A stretch of DNA of 64,000 bases, taken from contig NC_083422.1 in NCBI RefSeq assembly GCF_020745735.1, positions 9,982,001 to 10,046,000 on the forward strand, read 5' to 3'. Positions 62,655 through 64,000 of this stretch are shown in pieces. Both the position numbers and the translations under genes were made by a program. The DNA is from Hemiscyllium ocellatum (lineage: Eukaryota). Under the pieces are notes generated by a model. The model made no database searches, had not been told where the DNA came from, and saw only the letters and a program-made list of their open reading frames with translations. How positions within the stretch are numbered: the first letter of the stretch is position 1; each line of letters opens with the position of its first letter.

Positions 62655-64000
62655 TCTTGAAAAGTGTCCATATTACAGTGGAGATGGTGTTGAGCATCTT
62701 AAAACACAAAGATGGATAAATCCTTGGGATTAGAGTTGGTGTACCTTAGAATTCTGTGGGAAGCTAGGGAAGTGATAGCTGGGCCCTTGCTGAGATGTTT
62801 GTATCATCGATAGTCACAGGTGAGGTGCTGGAAGACTGGAGGTTGCTTAATGCGGTGCCATTATTTAAGAAAGGTGGTAAGGAAAAGCCAGGGCACTATA
62901 GACCAGTGAGCCTGACATCAGTGGTGGGCAGTGTTTTTGGAGGGGATTCTGAGGGACAGGGTTTACATGTATTTGGAAAGGGAAGGACTGATTAGGGATA
63001 GTCAAAATGTCTTTGTGCATGGGAAAGCATGTCTCACAACACAATTGAGTTTTTTGAATAAGTGACAAACATGATTGATAAAGAGAGAGCAGTGGATGTT
63101 GTCTATGTGGACTTCGGTAAGGGATTCGACAAGGTTCCACATGGTAAGCTGGCTAACAGTGTGAGATCACATGGAATACAGGGAGAACTAGCTGCTTGAA
63201 TACAAAATTGGCTCAAAGACAGGAGACAGAGGGTGGTGGTGGAGGGTTGCTTTTCAGACTGTAGGCCTGTAAACAGTGGAGTGCCACAAGGATGGGTGCT
63301 GGGTCCACTGCTTCTTGTCATTTTTATAATTGATTTGGATGTGAGCATAGGAGGCATAATGAGTAAGCTTGCAGATGATACCAGCGATGGTGGTGTAGTG
63401 GACAAGGGCAACAGGACCTTGATTCGATGGGCCAATGGAGTGGCAGATGGAATTTGAATCAGAGCAGGTCATATACACTTAGCGGGAAAGTCCTGGGGGG
63501 TGTTGCTGAACAAAGGCATCTTGGAATGCAGGTTCATAGTTCCTTGGAAGTGGAGTCACATAGACTTGCTGGCGAAGGCAGCGTCTAGTATACTTTCCTT
63601 TATTGGTCAGAGTATTGAGTACAGGAGTTGGGAGGTCACGTTGTGGCTGTACAGGACGTTGGTTAGGCCACTTTTGGAATATTGTTGTTCAATTCTGGTC
63701 TCCATGCTATAGGAAGGGTGTTTTTAAACTTGAAAAGATTCAGAAAAGATTTACAAGGATGTACCAGGGTCGGAAGGATTGAGCTAAAAGGAGAGGCTGA
63801 ACAGGCTGTGTCTGTTTTCCCTGGAGTGGCAGAGGCTGATGGGTGACATTGTAAACATTTATAAAATCAAGAGGGGCAAGGATAGGGCAAATAAACAAAG
63901 TCTTTTCCCCAGGGTAAGGGATTCCAAAACTAGAGGGCATAGGTTTAAGGTGAGAGGGGAACGATTTAAAAGGGACCTAAGGGGCAACATTTGCACACAG
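62655..64000 (+). mobile_element. CR1 LINE ORF2 RT region, decayed, runs off the window
   Basis: EDWRLLNAVPLFKKGGKEKPGHYRPVSLTSVVG; SGVPQGWVLGPLL..SKLADDT; LYRTLVRPLLEY. Confidence 0.95.

Overview
This is repeat-rich, eukaryotic, apparently intronic or intergenic DNA. The repeat content (HE1-type V-SINEs, their CR1/HER1-like partner LINEs, Deu-domain SINEs) indicates a cartilaginous fish, probably a shark; this is inferred from recalled repeat consensus sequences, not from a search. No host protein-coding gene can be identified with confidence, and nearly all ORFs in the track are repeat-derived or spurious. The window holds many CR1, L2 and Rex/Babar LINE fragments, about 15 HE1 SINE copies, a decayed Gypsy pol plus LTR, LTR-like pieces, microsatellites and one N-gap. 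The standout signal is a dense set of about 14 Penelope-like element (PLE) insertions from at least 5 sequence families. Most are fold-back inverted repeats with a roughly 35-nt one-sided tail, 12-17 bp target-site duplications (TSDs) and minimal hammerhead-ribozyme motifs (CUGANGA-N-stem II-GAAAC-GUH) that covary between families. They range from a young 2.15-kb palindrome encoding the RT thumb and GIY-YIG endonuclease (36943-39093) down to 100-250 bp hairpin mini-elements whose fold-back point lies at the ribozyme. Boundaries of old repeats are approximate (tens of bp).
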